From a virus (lineage: Duplodnaviria > Caudoviricetes), in IMG/VR virus record IMGVR_UViG_3300020045_005439, positions 1-44,189 of that record: 44,189 nt of DNA. One strand, written 5' to 3'. The translations under genes were made by a program, and so were the position numbers. Below are positions 28,412 to 36,674 of the stretch, in pieces. The notes beneath the pieces are model-generated. The model did not search any database, had not been told where the DNA came from, and saw only the letters and a list, made by a program, of their open reading frames with translations. The stretch's first letter is position 1. The number at the start of each line of letters is the position of its first letter.

Positions 28412-29073
28412 CAGAAGTAATTGTAGACTACATTAATTCAAGGATACAATCCGAGTTCCCTTATTTTGAGGAGCGCAAAAAGCTCTGTGAGATCATACAA
28501 GAACAAAATGCCGATGGTGAATTTATTTCTTACCCAGCCGAGTACTTCACTAATGGAGAGTATAAGCAAATAGATTTAGACTTTTATAATGGTATTATCT
28601 ATTACCGAATGAATGGAGATACATCTATTTCAGAGGTAGAAGATGATTATGTGTCGGGTTGCGATATGATGCTAGAAGTAAAATACCCCATGCGTTTAGT
28701 AGGCTCCATAAAGAAAGACGTGTTTAATGATGATGATGCCTATACTGATATGCAGTTGGCTGAAAATATTTCAAGCATTATTAACACGACTTCTAATAGA
28801 ACGATACAGCAAACCTATAAATTAGAGCAATTCAAAATAAATGTAACTAGTTTAAATACGAATAGAGCCGCTATAATAGGAGATGAATATAATGGGCTAC
28901 CGATACAAATACGCTATGACAGAGCATATTTCGCTGTGGAATTTGAGACCACTATACGGTTAACGCAGGCTTGTTTTCAGGCATGGAGTTGTGGCAATAC
29001 GAGAGTAAGTATAGAGTTTTGTACAGATGATCTAGTAGATTTAGTTTATGGAGGCCCAGAATTTGAAGTTTAA
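28408..29073 (+). CDS. Tail terminator-like structural protein (putative)
   Basis: Acidic 221 aa, last gene of the neck block, ATGA-coupled. Confidence 0.5.
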   Translation: MTEVIVDYINSRIQSEFPYFEERKKLCEIIQEQNADGEFISYPAEYFTNGEYKQIDLDFYNGIIYYRMNGDTSISEVEDDYVSGCDMMLEVKYPMRLVGSIKKDVFNDDDAYTDMQLAENISSIINTTSNRTIQQTYKLEQFKINVTSLNTNRAAIIGDEYNGLPIQIRYDRAYFAVEFETTIRLTQACFQAWSCGNTRVSIEFCTDDLVDLVYGGPEFEV

Positions 29074-29106
29074 ATATTACATAACAAATAAAGATAAAAA
29101 TTATAT

Positions 29107-30906
29107 ATGGCGTTAAATACTAAAAGAGAAAGAGTACAAGTATTCACATTGGATGAAGCAGGTTTAACGCCTACTGTTCCAAGTGTACAAGACCATAAGA
29201 CAGCAGGTTGGATAGATGAAACAGATATATATAAAGGTGAAATAGCTATTAATTTAGTGGATGAATTGCTATGGACAAGAACAGATGCAGGCATAATAAG
29301 CATAGATTTAGCAGGAGCAGCAGTACCAGCAGGAGCAAATACACAAATACAATTTAATGATGCTGGGGCATTTGGTGGAGATGCGGGATTAACTTATGAT
29401 AAGACGACAGATATTTTTACTATAACAAATGGTACACAAACAATATTAAATACTACTACAACAAACGGAGGGTTAGAATTATTTGAAGCTACACTGGCAG
29501 TTACAAGTACATCAGACACTAGTGATAATTATGAGGGAGGGAAATTTGTCGTTACAGGTGGAGGGGCAGGCATAGATTACAGCGCAGGAGATGGAGGATT
29601 GATAGGATTACAAAGCACCATAGCAAATATAGGCACAGGAGTATTAACATTAGGATTAGGATTAACTGTAAGCATTAATAATTCAAGTACAGGAACGATA
29701 ACAGAAGCAGATTTTATAAGGTTAAATCCAACAAATACACTATTAGCAGGCACATTTTCAGAAGTTAATGGTATGAGATTTGGCAATGTATCTGGGTTGG
29801 GTTCAATATCAGATTACAATGCTTTTAATTTTGAAAGCCAATGGATAAGTAATAGTAGAGCCATTAAAATAGAGGCAAACACTTATGGATTTATACCGAT
29901 TTCCACAGCAGATACAGGGATAACATTTGCTTCGTCAAATCTAACATTTGCAACTACTACATTAGGAGATATAAATATTAGTGCGATAGATGATATAAAT
30001 ATATCTACCGTAGATGGACAATTTGTATTAACAGTTCCGCTTTCCGATATAATATTTAATGTATCAGATTCAGGAATGGTTGTATTACAAAATACATCGT
30101 TGGGATCGACAGGCGTAAACATTGAAACATACCAAAATTCTCCATCGCCCGCAGTTAATGACAATGTATTTTTACTTGAACATTATGGAGAAGATTCAGG
30201 TAGTAATAAAACACGTTACGGATCTTTTTCTGTTACGGCAACAAATGTAACTGATGGAGATGAAACATCTAAAATGATATGGTCAATTACAAAAGATGCA
30301 ACTTTCGGACAAGCCATGTCATTAACTTGGATTACAGCACAAGGCGTAGAACTCGAATTAGGAGATGGATTAACAGAAGCAAGTATAACGAGCGAATTAG
30401 GATCAGCAACAGATCTAGTTCTTTATGGAGATAGATCAGGAGGCGGATCGAGTATAAGATTAAATGCAGGAAGTGGAGGAGGGATTGAATTAAATCCACA
30501 TACTACTAGTGGCGAGGTAGAGCATGGAAGCAATCAGGCTAATGGGGCAGGATGGAAAACATTAATTAAACAAATATCTACAACTAATGCAACAGCAACT
30601 ACTATACATTCGATACCAGTTGCAGAAGGGCAAGTAGTAACTATTGTTAGATATTTGAATGGCATACAAACAAATGCCAATAACAGAGCAACATATGGAT
30701 ACCAATCATGCTTTTTTAGAGTAGCAGCAGGCAACGTAACAGAACAAGGATCAACTACAAGAATATATGAAAAAGAAAGCAATGCTGCTTGGAATATTTT
30801 ATTTACAGCCAATATAGCAACGCAGTCCGTAGACCTTCAAGTAGTAGGAGCAGCAGGAGCGAATATAAATTGGAAAGACTATATAAATTACATGATCTTA
30901 TCATAA
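29107..30906 (+). CDS. Tail fibre / receptor-binding protein
   Basis: GEIAINLVD..LW N-terminal anchor, PAGANTQIQFNDAGAFGGDAGLTYD motif, G/T/S-rich beta body. Confidence 0.8.
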   Translation: MALNTKRERVQVFTLDEAGLTPTVPSVQDHKTAGWIDETDIYKGEIAINLVDELLWTRTDAGIISIDLAGAAVPAGANTQIQFNDAGAFGGDAGLTYDKTTDIFTITNGTQTILNTTTTNGGLELFEATLAVTSTSDTSDNYEGGKFVVTGGGAGIDYSAGDGGLIGLQSTIANIGTGVLTLGLGLTVSINNSSTGTITEADFIRLNPTNTLLAGTFSEVNGMRFGNVSGLGSISDYNAFNFESQWISNSRAIKIEANTYGFIPISTADTGITFASSNLTFATTTLGDINISAIDDINISTVDGQFVLTVPLSDIIFNVSDSGMVVLQNTSLGSTGVNIETYQNSPSPAVNDNVFLLEHYGEDSGSNKTRYGSFSVTATNVTDGDETSKMIWSITKDATFGQAMSLTWITAQGVELELGDGLTEASITSELGSATDLVLYGDRSGGGSSIRLNAGSGGGIELNPHTTSGEVEHGSNQANGAGWKTLIKQISTTNATATTIHSIPVAEGQVVTIVRYLNGIQTNANNRATYGYQSCFFRVAAGNVTEQGSTTRIYEKESNAAWNILFTANIATQSVDLQVVGAAGANINWKDYINYMILS

Positions 30907-31052
30907 TCATGATAGATATAACCAGCTATATAATCTTTGAGATATTTCATTCTACCTATGAAGATTATGATGGAGTCTATTATGAAATAATACCAAGTGA
31001 GTCGGTTTTTTAAATATAAATATATATATTTGTTATATAAATATATAATTAT

Positions 31053-31256
31053 ATGACAATACAAGAAGCAGTAAATGTATTATGGCAAGCAGCTTTATTT
31101 GGACAAAGTAAAGGTATTTATTCATTAAAGCAATCGGCACAATTATCAGAAGCCGAAGATGTTCTTTTCCCTAAAACTGAACAAAAAAAAACCGCAGAAC
31201 AAGGCGAGCAGAAGCAAGAAAAGCCAGAAGAAAAAAAACTAGAAATAGTTAACTAG
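31053..31256 (+). CDS. Small hypothetical protein (possible fibre chaperone)
   Basis: 67 aa, GQSKGIYSLKQSA; follows the fibre gene. Confidence 0.55.
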   Translation: MTIQEAVNVLWQAALFGQSKGIYSLKQSAQLSEAEDVLFPKTEQKKTAEQGEQKQEKPEEKKLEIVN

Positions 31257-31257
31257 T

Positions 31258-31677
31258 ATGGTACGTCCAGAAGATTGTTTAAAAAAATACGGTGAACCAG
31301 ATGCAGCTAATAAATGTATGGTATTATTTGATGTACCTACCGAATTAGAGATCGGAGTAATACCCAAAAGAATTTATTGCAATAAAGATTTAGTACATCC
31401 ATTAACTAAAGCATTTAGAAACCTAATTGAAAGAGGCTACGTAAAGGAATTAAAGACATGGGATGGGTGTTTTAATATAAGGAAGATGCGTGGTTTGCAA
31501 AGTATGAGTTTACATAGTTGGGGTATTGCAGTGGATTTAAATGCTTTTGAGAATGGGTTAGGTAAAGAGCCTAAATTATCGGAAGGTTTTGTAAAATGCT
31601 TTACTGATGCAGGATTTGATTGGGGTGGGGAGTTTAGACGTTTTGACGGAATGCACTTTCAGCTTAGTAAAATATAG
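31258..31677 (+). CDS. Endolysin, M15 family (D-Ala-D-Ala carboxypeptidase-like) peptidase
   Basis: SLHSWGIAVD (SxHxxGxAxD), WGG, DGMHFQL. Confidence 0.9.
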   Translation: MVRPEDCLKKYGEPDAANKCMVLFDVPTELEIGVIPKRIYCNKDLVHPLTKAFRNLIERGYVKELKTWDGCFNIRKMRGLQSMSLHSWGIAVDLNAFENGLGKEPKLSEGFVKCFTDAGFDWGGEFRRFDGMHFQLSKI

Positions 31678-31678
31678 T

Positions 31679-32236
31679 ATGAATAGATTTAATAAAGACG
31701 GATTTAGAAAGTGCTCATGTTGCAAGCGTGAGAAAGAGCTTACTTCTGTTAATTTCTACAAAGATAAAAATAGGCTGAGTGGGATGTCTTATAGATGCAA
31801 AGAATGTGATAGAAAAAAGAAAGATGAAAGAAAGGGGAGATATAAAAAATTATCGCCTGAATTAAAAGAAAAATACAAAGCAAAGAATAGACTTTATACT
31901 TCATTTGGAAGTGGAAGGGCAACCGCAATGATTTGCGCATATAGAAAAGCAGACAGAAAAAAGGGTCAAACATGCGATTTAGATAGGCAATTTATATTGA
32001 CAGAAGTATTTAAGAATGAATGTTTTTATTGTGGGGATAAAAATAATATTGGCTGCGATAGGATTGATAATAATCTAGGTCATATAAAATCTAATGTTGT
32101 TCCATGTTGTAGAGATTGCAATACTAGCAGAATGGATAATTTTACACACGACGAGATGAAAATTATAGGGATGGCCATCAGAATTGTTAAAGATCGAAGA
32201 AAGAACGAGGATTTCAATTATCAAAAATATAAATAA
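31679..32236 (+). CDS. HNH-like Zn-binding endonuclease
   Basis: CSCC..CKEC Zn finger; CFYCG...GCDRIDNNLGHIKSNVVPCCRDCN; start moved to ATG 31679. Confidence 0.8.
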   Translation: MNRFNKDGFRKCSCCKREKELTSVNFYKDKNRLSGMSYRCKECDRKKKDERKGRYKKLSPELKEKYKAKNRLYTSFGSGRATAMICAYRKADRKKGQTCDLDRQFILTEVFKNECFYCGDKNNIGCDRIDNNLGHIKSNVVPCCRDCNTSRMDNFTHDEMKIIGMAIRIVKDRRKNEDFNYQKYK

Positions 32237-32242
32237 AACTAT

Positions 32243-32524
32243 ATGTGGGCAAATTTATTTTTAAAGGGTATACCGAGTTTAATAACAGCTATACCAAACA
32301 TGTTTAAAGACGTACAAGGCAAAGTAAGTAGTAAAAGAGTAATAGCCTTAGTAGGTGGTGGAAGTATTATAACAGTAGGATTAGGAATAGTAGAAACAGC
32401 CGTAGCAGCAGGCAATGATAAGTTAGCTTGGATAGGGGTAGTAGTATTAGGATTAGGAGTGATAGCTTCTTATATTGCAGCATTTACAATAAAAGAAAGT
32501 AAACCAGAGGATACTACGAAATAG
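32243..32524 (+). CDS. Holin (putative)
   Basis: GKVSSKRV followed by two TM helices; in the lysis block. Confidence 0.7.
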   Translation: MWANLFLKGIPSLITAIPNMFKDVQGKVSSKRVIALVGGGSIITVGLGIVETAVAAGNDKLAWIGVVVLGLGVIASYIAAFTIKESKPEDTTK

Positions 32525-32558
32525 TTTTGTCTTTGTTTGTGTTGTTTTTCCATTTGTC

Positions 32559-32588
32559 AGGGCGTAGCCGTAAGGTTGCGCCTTTTTT
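32559..32588 (+). terminator. Intrinsic terminator ending the late operon
   Basis: AGGGCGTAGCC-GTAA-GGTTGCGCCTT then a T-tract. Confidence 0.85.
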
Positions 32589-32748
32589 ATATCCCCATAT
32601 ATCACTTGGGAACGATTTCATACCCAAAATAGTACACTTTAGTTCTCAAATTTTCAGTGAGCTGGGAAAACTTAATTTTAGCCGAATCCTGAGCTTACCA
32701 AAAAAACCGTTCGCCACCATTTTTTAAATAAATTTTATTATAGAAATA

Positions 32749-32779
32749 TTTGCACATTAGATTTAATTGTGTATATTTG
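32749..32779 (+). promoter_or_regulatory. Bacteroidota-type housekeeping promoter (-33/-7)
   Basis: TTTG (32749) - 19 nt - TATATTTG (32772), 17 nt before the first early gene. Confidence 0.8.
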
Positions 32780-32796
32780 TATATAATTAAAATCAA

Positions 32797-33129
32797 ATGG
32801 GAAAAACAAAAGACATCTACATAGATTATTGCCAAGAGGGTAGTGATCTAACAAACATAGAAGTAACATATTTAGACGAAAATGAATGGTATGAAAAAGA
32901 GTTAAAATATGATCTAGTAAAAGAGTTTATAGACTTTTATTATGATGAAGCAAAGGAATATGATACCTCAGAAATTGACGAAGATGGATTAAGAGGCGTA
33001 TATAGAAATTATGAGGCGCTGATATTCCAATATGGCCTAGAAAGAATAATGAAAGACTATTTAGAATATGAAAAATTCTTAACAAACACAAACCCAACTC
33101 AAACTTATGGAAACAACGCAACTGCCTAA
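32797..33129 (+). CDS. Hypothetical acidic early protein
   Basis: 110 aa, D/E/Y-rich, first gene after the promoter. Confidence 0.7.
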   Translation: MGKTKDIYIDYCQEGSDLTNIEVTYLDENEWYEKELKYDLVKEFIDFYYDEAKEYDTSEIDEDGLRGVYRNYEALIFQYGLERIMKDYLEYEKFLTNTNPTQTYGNNATA

Positions 33130-33769
33130 TACAGTATCTGGCTTTGATTTGACTAAGCCAGAGGAAACATTACAACTAGCGAATATTTTAAAACAGTATT
33201 TAACACAGCAAAAACTGACTTGTAAAATACAAGGTAAAGACTATGTATTAGCAGAGGGATGGATGTATGCAGGTTCACAATTAGGTATTATACCAATATG
33301 CCAAAAACCCACAAGAATATTTAATGAAGGAGAGGTGAAATACGAATGTGAAACAACATTAGTAAAAATAAACACAGGAGAAAAGATGGGTTATGGTTAT
33401 GCTATTTGCTCTAATTTAGAAAGAAATAAAAAGAGCTTTGAAGAATATGCGATAGCATCAATGGCACAAACTAGGGCAATAGCAAAGGCATACAGAAATC
33501 TATTAGCATGGATAGTAAAGGCAGCAGGATTTGAGGCAACTCCTTACGAAGAAATGGAGGGAGTAGCAACGGAAAACTATAACCAAGATAAAGTACCTGA
33601 TTTAAAAATAAACTATAAAGAAGATAATAGAGAGTGGTTGACAGAGCAGCAATTTATAAAGGCAAAAGAAAGGATCATAAACGGAGAAAAATTATTATTA
33701 GGAAAATTAAAACAAACCTATAAAATGAAAAAGATTTATAGAGAGGAACTAGATAAATTATTGCAGTAA
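33107..33769 (+). CDS. Putative ssDNA-annealing / recombination protein
   Basis: IQGKDYV..EGW, SMAQTRAIAKAYR, ATPYEEM; position typical; family uncertain. Confidence 0.55.
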   Translation: METTQLPNTVSGFDLTKPEETLQLANILKQYLTQQKLTCKIQGKDYVLAEGWMYAGSQLGIIPICQKPTRIFNEGEVKYECETTLVKINTGEKMGYGYAICSNLERNKKSFEEYAIASMAQTRAIAKAYRNLLAWIVKAAGFEATPYEEMEGVATENYNQDKVPDLKINYKEDNREWLTEQQFIKAKERIINGEKLLLGKLKQTYKMKKIYREELDKLLQ

Positions 33770-33969
33770 TGCACCCAGAGCCAGCCTATACAGACAAAGA
33801 GCTGACCTATGCAACGATAGCACTAATAAATAATGTCTGGTTAAAGTTTACAGAAAAGGAATGGGAAGGTAGTTTAGAAGTACGAGATGAGTTAATAATA
33901 AAAACGGACTCCTATAATTTCAGGATTTTTATAAAGAATATAGTTTATATACAAATAAAAAATAAATGA
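33769..33969 (+). CDS. Hypothetical protein
   Basis: 66 aa, coupled on both sides. Confidence 0.6.
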   Translation: MHPEPAYTDKELTYATIALINNVWLKFTEKEWEGSLEVRDELIIKTDSYNFRIFIKNIVYIQIKNK

Positions 33970-34220
33970 AACTAGATATAAAATCAATAGAGTTAATTGA
34001 AAAATCAGATGCTTATTATATTATCGTAATAAAAGACGAAAAAAATTTTTCATTAATGCGGGGGATATATTCGGAGCAAATCCAAACAGTAAAAAAAATT
34101 GTGGAAGGTATGCTTGGAATTGTTAATGAATCTATAAATAAAAATAATTTGGGTAATTCACAGCCATTGATGTTATTTATAATGCAGGCCATTAAAAAAT
34201 TCCCAATATTCAAAAAATAG
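33966..34220 (+). CDS. Hypothetical protein
   Basis: 84 aa, overlapping start. Confidence 0.6.
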   Translation: MKLDIKSIELIEKSDAYYIIVIKDEKNFSLMRGIYSEQIQTVKKIVEGMLGIVNESINKNNLGNSQPLMLFIMQAIKKFPIFKK

Positions 34221-34238
34221 TTTTATAACTAAAAAACA

Positions 34239-34523
34239 ATGGAAACATGTAAAATAGTAAGAGGCTGTCTTGATTGTCCATTCTTAGAAGATGGTATGGA
34301 TGGGCTGTATTGTATTCATCCATATTGGGAAGGGCGAGGGCATGAAAAAGTTATAATTTCAGCTAATACACCAGATAACTGCCCTTTAAAAATAGAGCCG
34401 TTCATCCGTATAATTAGATTATATAAAGAGGGGGAGGTAATTATAGAACGTAAAGAAAATAATGAATCACTTATAGATAAATATAAAGCCTTCTATACAA
34501 AGGGTGCAATAAGATTACAATAA
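34239..34523 (+). CDS. Hypothetical Cys-rich protein
   Basis: CLDCPF...YC...PDNCPL motif. Confidence 0.65.
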   Translation: METCKIVRGCLDCPFLEDGMDGLYCIHPYWEGRGHEKVIISANTPDNCPLKIEPFIRIIRLYKEGEVIIERKENNESLIDKYKAFYTKGAIRLQ

Positions 34524-34542
34524 TAAATAAAAAACAAACAAC

Positions 34543-34671
34543 ATGAAAAAACTAATTAGAGATACAATGGGCTTCTTTGGCTATGCCGTATTTATGGCTG
34601 CAATGATAATCTTAGGCCTTTTTTCTATTTGGGGAATATTAATGATAGTAGGCATGAAATTAAATTTTTAG
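34543..34671 (+). CDS. Small membrane protein (42 aa, not in ORF track)
   Basis: MKKLIRDTMGFFGYAVFMAAMIILGLFSIWGILMIVGMKLNF; A-rich leader. Confidence 0.55.
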   Translation: MKKLIRDTMGFFGYAVFMAAMIILGLFSIWGILMIVGMKLNF

Positions 34672-34674
34672 TAT

Positions 34675-34953
34675 ATGATAGGTAAAAAAATATCGCCAAT
34701 CCTCGAAGAACTAGAAGATACACTTTGGGATTATGAAGCTAGAGGTGGAGGTAAACCAGAATATACAATAGAAGGGTTTAGGGGGGCAATAAAGATCTTT
34801 ATGTCCGTTATGATGGACAAGATGTGGGAGCTACAATGCAATGAGAAAATGACGATAGAAGATAAATCTAATATGGTTATTAAGTTGGGCAATGAGGTCA
34901 GGGATTTAGTTAAAATATATACTGATATAGATACTTTTGAGCTTTATAAATAA
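34675..34953 (+). CDS. Hypothetical protein
   Basis: 92-aa ORF. Confidence 0.7.
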   Translation: MIGKKISPILEELEDTLWDYEARGGGKPEYTIEGFRGAIKIFMSVMMDKMWELQCNEKMTIEDKSNMVIKLGNEVRDLVKIYTDIDTFELYK

Positions 34954-34966
34954 AAATATAAATAGA

Positions 34967-35032
34967 ATGACAAGAGAAGATTTTATAAAACTCTACTGCG
35001 AAAAATCTAAAATATGGCAAAAGAGATTATAA
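34967..35032 (+). pseudogene. Probable truncated gene interrupted by the cassette array
   Basis: MTREDFIKLYCEKSKI runs into the duplicated block at TAAAAT (35008) and stops 6 codons later. Confidence 0.4.
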
Positions 35033-35247
35033 AAGAAAACGAACTTAATGTGATGTATCATCATACTGGAATAACGAGATTTACAGGATGCCAATGCTTT
35101 TGTGATTGTTCTTGTAATGAAGATTTTAAACCATCTAAATATGATTATTACACCGTTAAAAGAAAGAATAAGAAAACAACCAATCACCAAACATTAGAAG
35201 ATGCAAATGTTCGTTGGAATTTTGTCTGTGCGTTGGCAGGCAATTGA
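35014..35247 (+). CDS. Cys-rich hypothetical protein, copy 1
   Basis: 77 aa, CQCFCDCSC; 75/77 identical to copy 2. Confidence 0.75.
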   Translation: MAKEIIKENELNVMYHHTGITRFTGCQCFCDCSCNEDFKPSKYDYYTVKRKNKKTTNHQTLEDANVRWNFVCALAGN

Positions 35248-35380
35248 AGCTAACGGTCTGCAAATAAATACAGTACGGATATGAAAGATAAAATTGACTT
35301 AATATTTAGTAACCTCAAAAATGAGTGCATAACTGAAAAACAAGCACATCAGCAAGTATTGGATTTGTTTACTGTTATGC
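35248..35380 (+). repeat. attC-like site 1 (loop carries the N-terminus of a CDS)
   Basis: AGCTAAC...GTTATGC; imperfect arms TAACGGT..CAAAT..CAGTAC / GTATTG..ATTTG..ACTGTTA. Confidence 0.65.
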
Positions 35381-35487
35381 CATCGTTGCCACAATCTGAT
35401 ACCTGCCCAAAATGCAGTGCATATGATTGGAGTTACCACGCAGGAATTGAAAAGATGAAATGTGGTGATTGTGGCTATGAGGCATAA
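35281..35487 (+). CDS. Chimeric Zn-ribbon protein spanning a GTT junction
   Basis: 68 aa; CPKC...CGDC; Val codon GTT at 35374; the stop is the TAA of GGCATAAC. Confidence 0.7.
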   Translation: MKDKIDLIFSNLKNECITEKQAHQQVLDLFTVMPSLPQSDTCPKCSAYDWSYHAGIEKMKCGDCGYEA

Positions 35488-35566
35488 CGTTTTGCAGATT
35501 GGCGATCGGTTTGTGAAGCGTTGGCATTGTGCGGTTGGACAAACTGCCGCCAATGTGCTGTTAGCT
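35482..35566 (+). repeat. attC-like site 2
   Basis: GCATAAC..GCA-G-ATTGGCG..GGTTTGT / ACAAACT..CGCCAAT-G-TGC..GTTAGCT, 85 bp. Confidence 0.8.
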
Positions 35567-35610
35567 TTAGTTGCCTTGCGTGGATTTATTAACGAATTAA
35601 ATTTTAAAAT

Positions 35611-35844
35611 ATGGCAAAAGAGATTATAAAAGAAAACGAACTTAATGTGATGTATCATCATACTGGAATAACAAGATTTACAGGATGCCAATGTTTTGGT
35701 GATTGTTCTTGCAATGAAGATTTTAAACCAAGTAAATATGATTATTACACCGTTAAAAGAAAAAACAAGAAAACAACTAATCACCAAACATTAGAAGATG
35801 CAAATGTTCGTTGGGATTTTGTCTGTGCGTTGGCAGGCAATTGA
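35611..35844 (+). CDS. Cys-rich hypothetical protein, copy 2 (cassette B)
   Basis: Inside GTTAGCTTTAGTTGCCT...AGGCAATTGAAGCTAAC (35560-35851). Confidence 0.75.
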   Translation: MAKEIIKENELNVMYHHTGITRFTGCQCFGDCSCNEDFKPSKYDYYTVKRKNKKTTNHQTLEDANVRWDFVCALAGN

Positions 35845-35934
35845 AGCTAACGGCTGCGGCTTAACGAAGTAAAATTTATACCAATGAAAAATATAAAAGA
35901 CATAAATTTTATTTTGTTTAAGCCGATGTTATGT
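35845..35934 (+). repeat. attC-like site 3
   Basis: AGCTAAC..CGGCTTAACGAAGTAAAATTTAT / ATAAATTTTATTTTGTTTAAGCCG..GTTATGT, 90 bp. Confidence 0.8.
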
Positions 35935-35968
35935 TTAGTATTTTTTATCATTTAATTTTTTTTGAGCG

Positions 35969-36499
35969 ATGGCAAACATTATTTTTAATAGAACTTGGGA
36001 AATGCCTAACAGCAACACTTTTGATATTAAGTGCATCAGCAAATTGATACACAAATATTATAAGCCGGAACTGGAAAGCATAGACCCGTTTGCGAACAAA
36101 TGCAAGTTGGCGAAGATTACAAACGACCTGAACCCGGATTATAAAACCGATTTCAATTTAGATGCTGTGGACTTTCTCAAAAGGTTTGCTGACAACTCCA
36201 TTGACTTTGTGTTTTACGACCCGCCATATTCATTGAGGCAAGTAAGTGAGGTTTACAAAAGTGTTGGCAGGGAAGTAACAATGGAAACAACACAAAGCAG
36301 TTGGAGGACAAAGCACATAAATGAGATTAGCCGAATACTTAAACCGGATGGAGTTGTAATGTGCTTTGGTTGGAATAGTAGCGGAGTTGGAATAAAAAGA
36401 GGGATGGAACTGATAGAGGTTTTATTAGTGCCACACGGAGGAAGCCATAACGATACTATTTGCACAGTTGAACGAAAAATTAAAACATTATTTCATTGA
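35969..36499 (+). CDS. Compact N6-adenine/N4-cytosine DNA methyltransferase (cassette C)
   Basis: SIDPFA SAM-binding motif, DFVFYDPPYS catalytic motif, RILKPDG. Confidence 0.85.
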   Translation: MANIIFNRTWEMPNSNTFDIKCISKLIHKYYKPELESIDPFANKCKLAKITNDLNPDYKTDFNLDAVDFLKRFADNSIDFVFYDPPYSLRQVSEVYKSVGREVTMETTQSSWRTKHINEISRILKPDGVVMCFGWNSSGVGIKRGMELIEVLLVPHGGSHNDTICTVERKIKTLFH

Positions 36500-36533
36500 G
36501 CGTTGGCAAAAATTAAATGATAAAAAATATTGA

Positions 36534-36630
36534 ACATAATGGACGGGGCTTGGCGATAGTGCCACCAAGCAACCGATAAAATTCAAGGCACAAAGCTGAT
36601 TGGTGGCATTTTGCCAAGCCCATGTTACCT
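36534..36630 (+). repeat. attC-like site 4 (TAAT variant core)
   Basis: ACATAAT..GGGCTTGGCGATAGTGCCACCAA / TTGGTGGCATTTTGCCAAGCCC..GTTACCT, 97 bp. Confidence 0.8.
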
Positions 36631-36674
36631 GTCAGTATTTATTAAAAATTAGGGAGGCATTTAAACTAAATAAC

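Noticed and set aside
30789-31013. 74-aa ORF overlapping the fibre gene end
   Set aside because: Mostly overlaps the fibre gene in another frame; at most a short ORF from ATG near 30909, with no supporting motif.
32527-32727. 66-aa ORF after the holin
   Set aside because: TTG start, runs through a strong terminator, atypical composition; more likely non-coding.
35299-35787. 162-aa minus-strand ORF (and 34993-35190)
   Set aside because: Shadow of the plus-strand cassette genes; it crosses cassette boundaries against the genome-wide strand bias.
35014-35844. Duplicated 77-aa gene as a DGR template/variable repeat pair
   Set aside because: Differences are not adenine-specific, most are synonymous, and there is no reverse transcriptase in the window.
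36600-36674. Extended N-terminus of the cassette D gene as the main start
   Set aside because: The TTG lies within the hairpin arm; ATG 36675 has a typical A-rich leader. The in-frame read-through is noted under findings.
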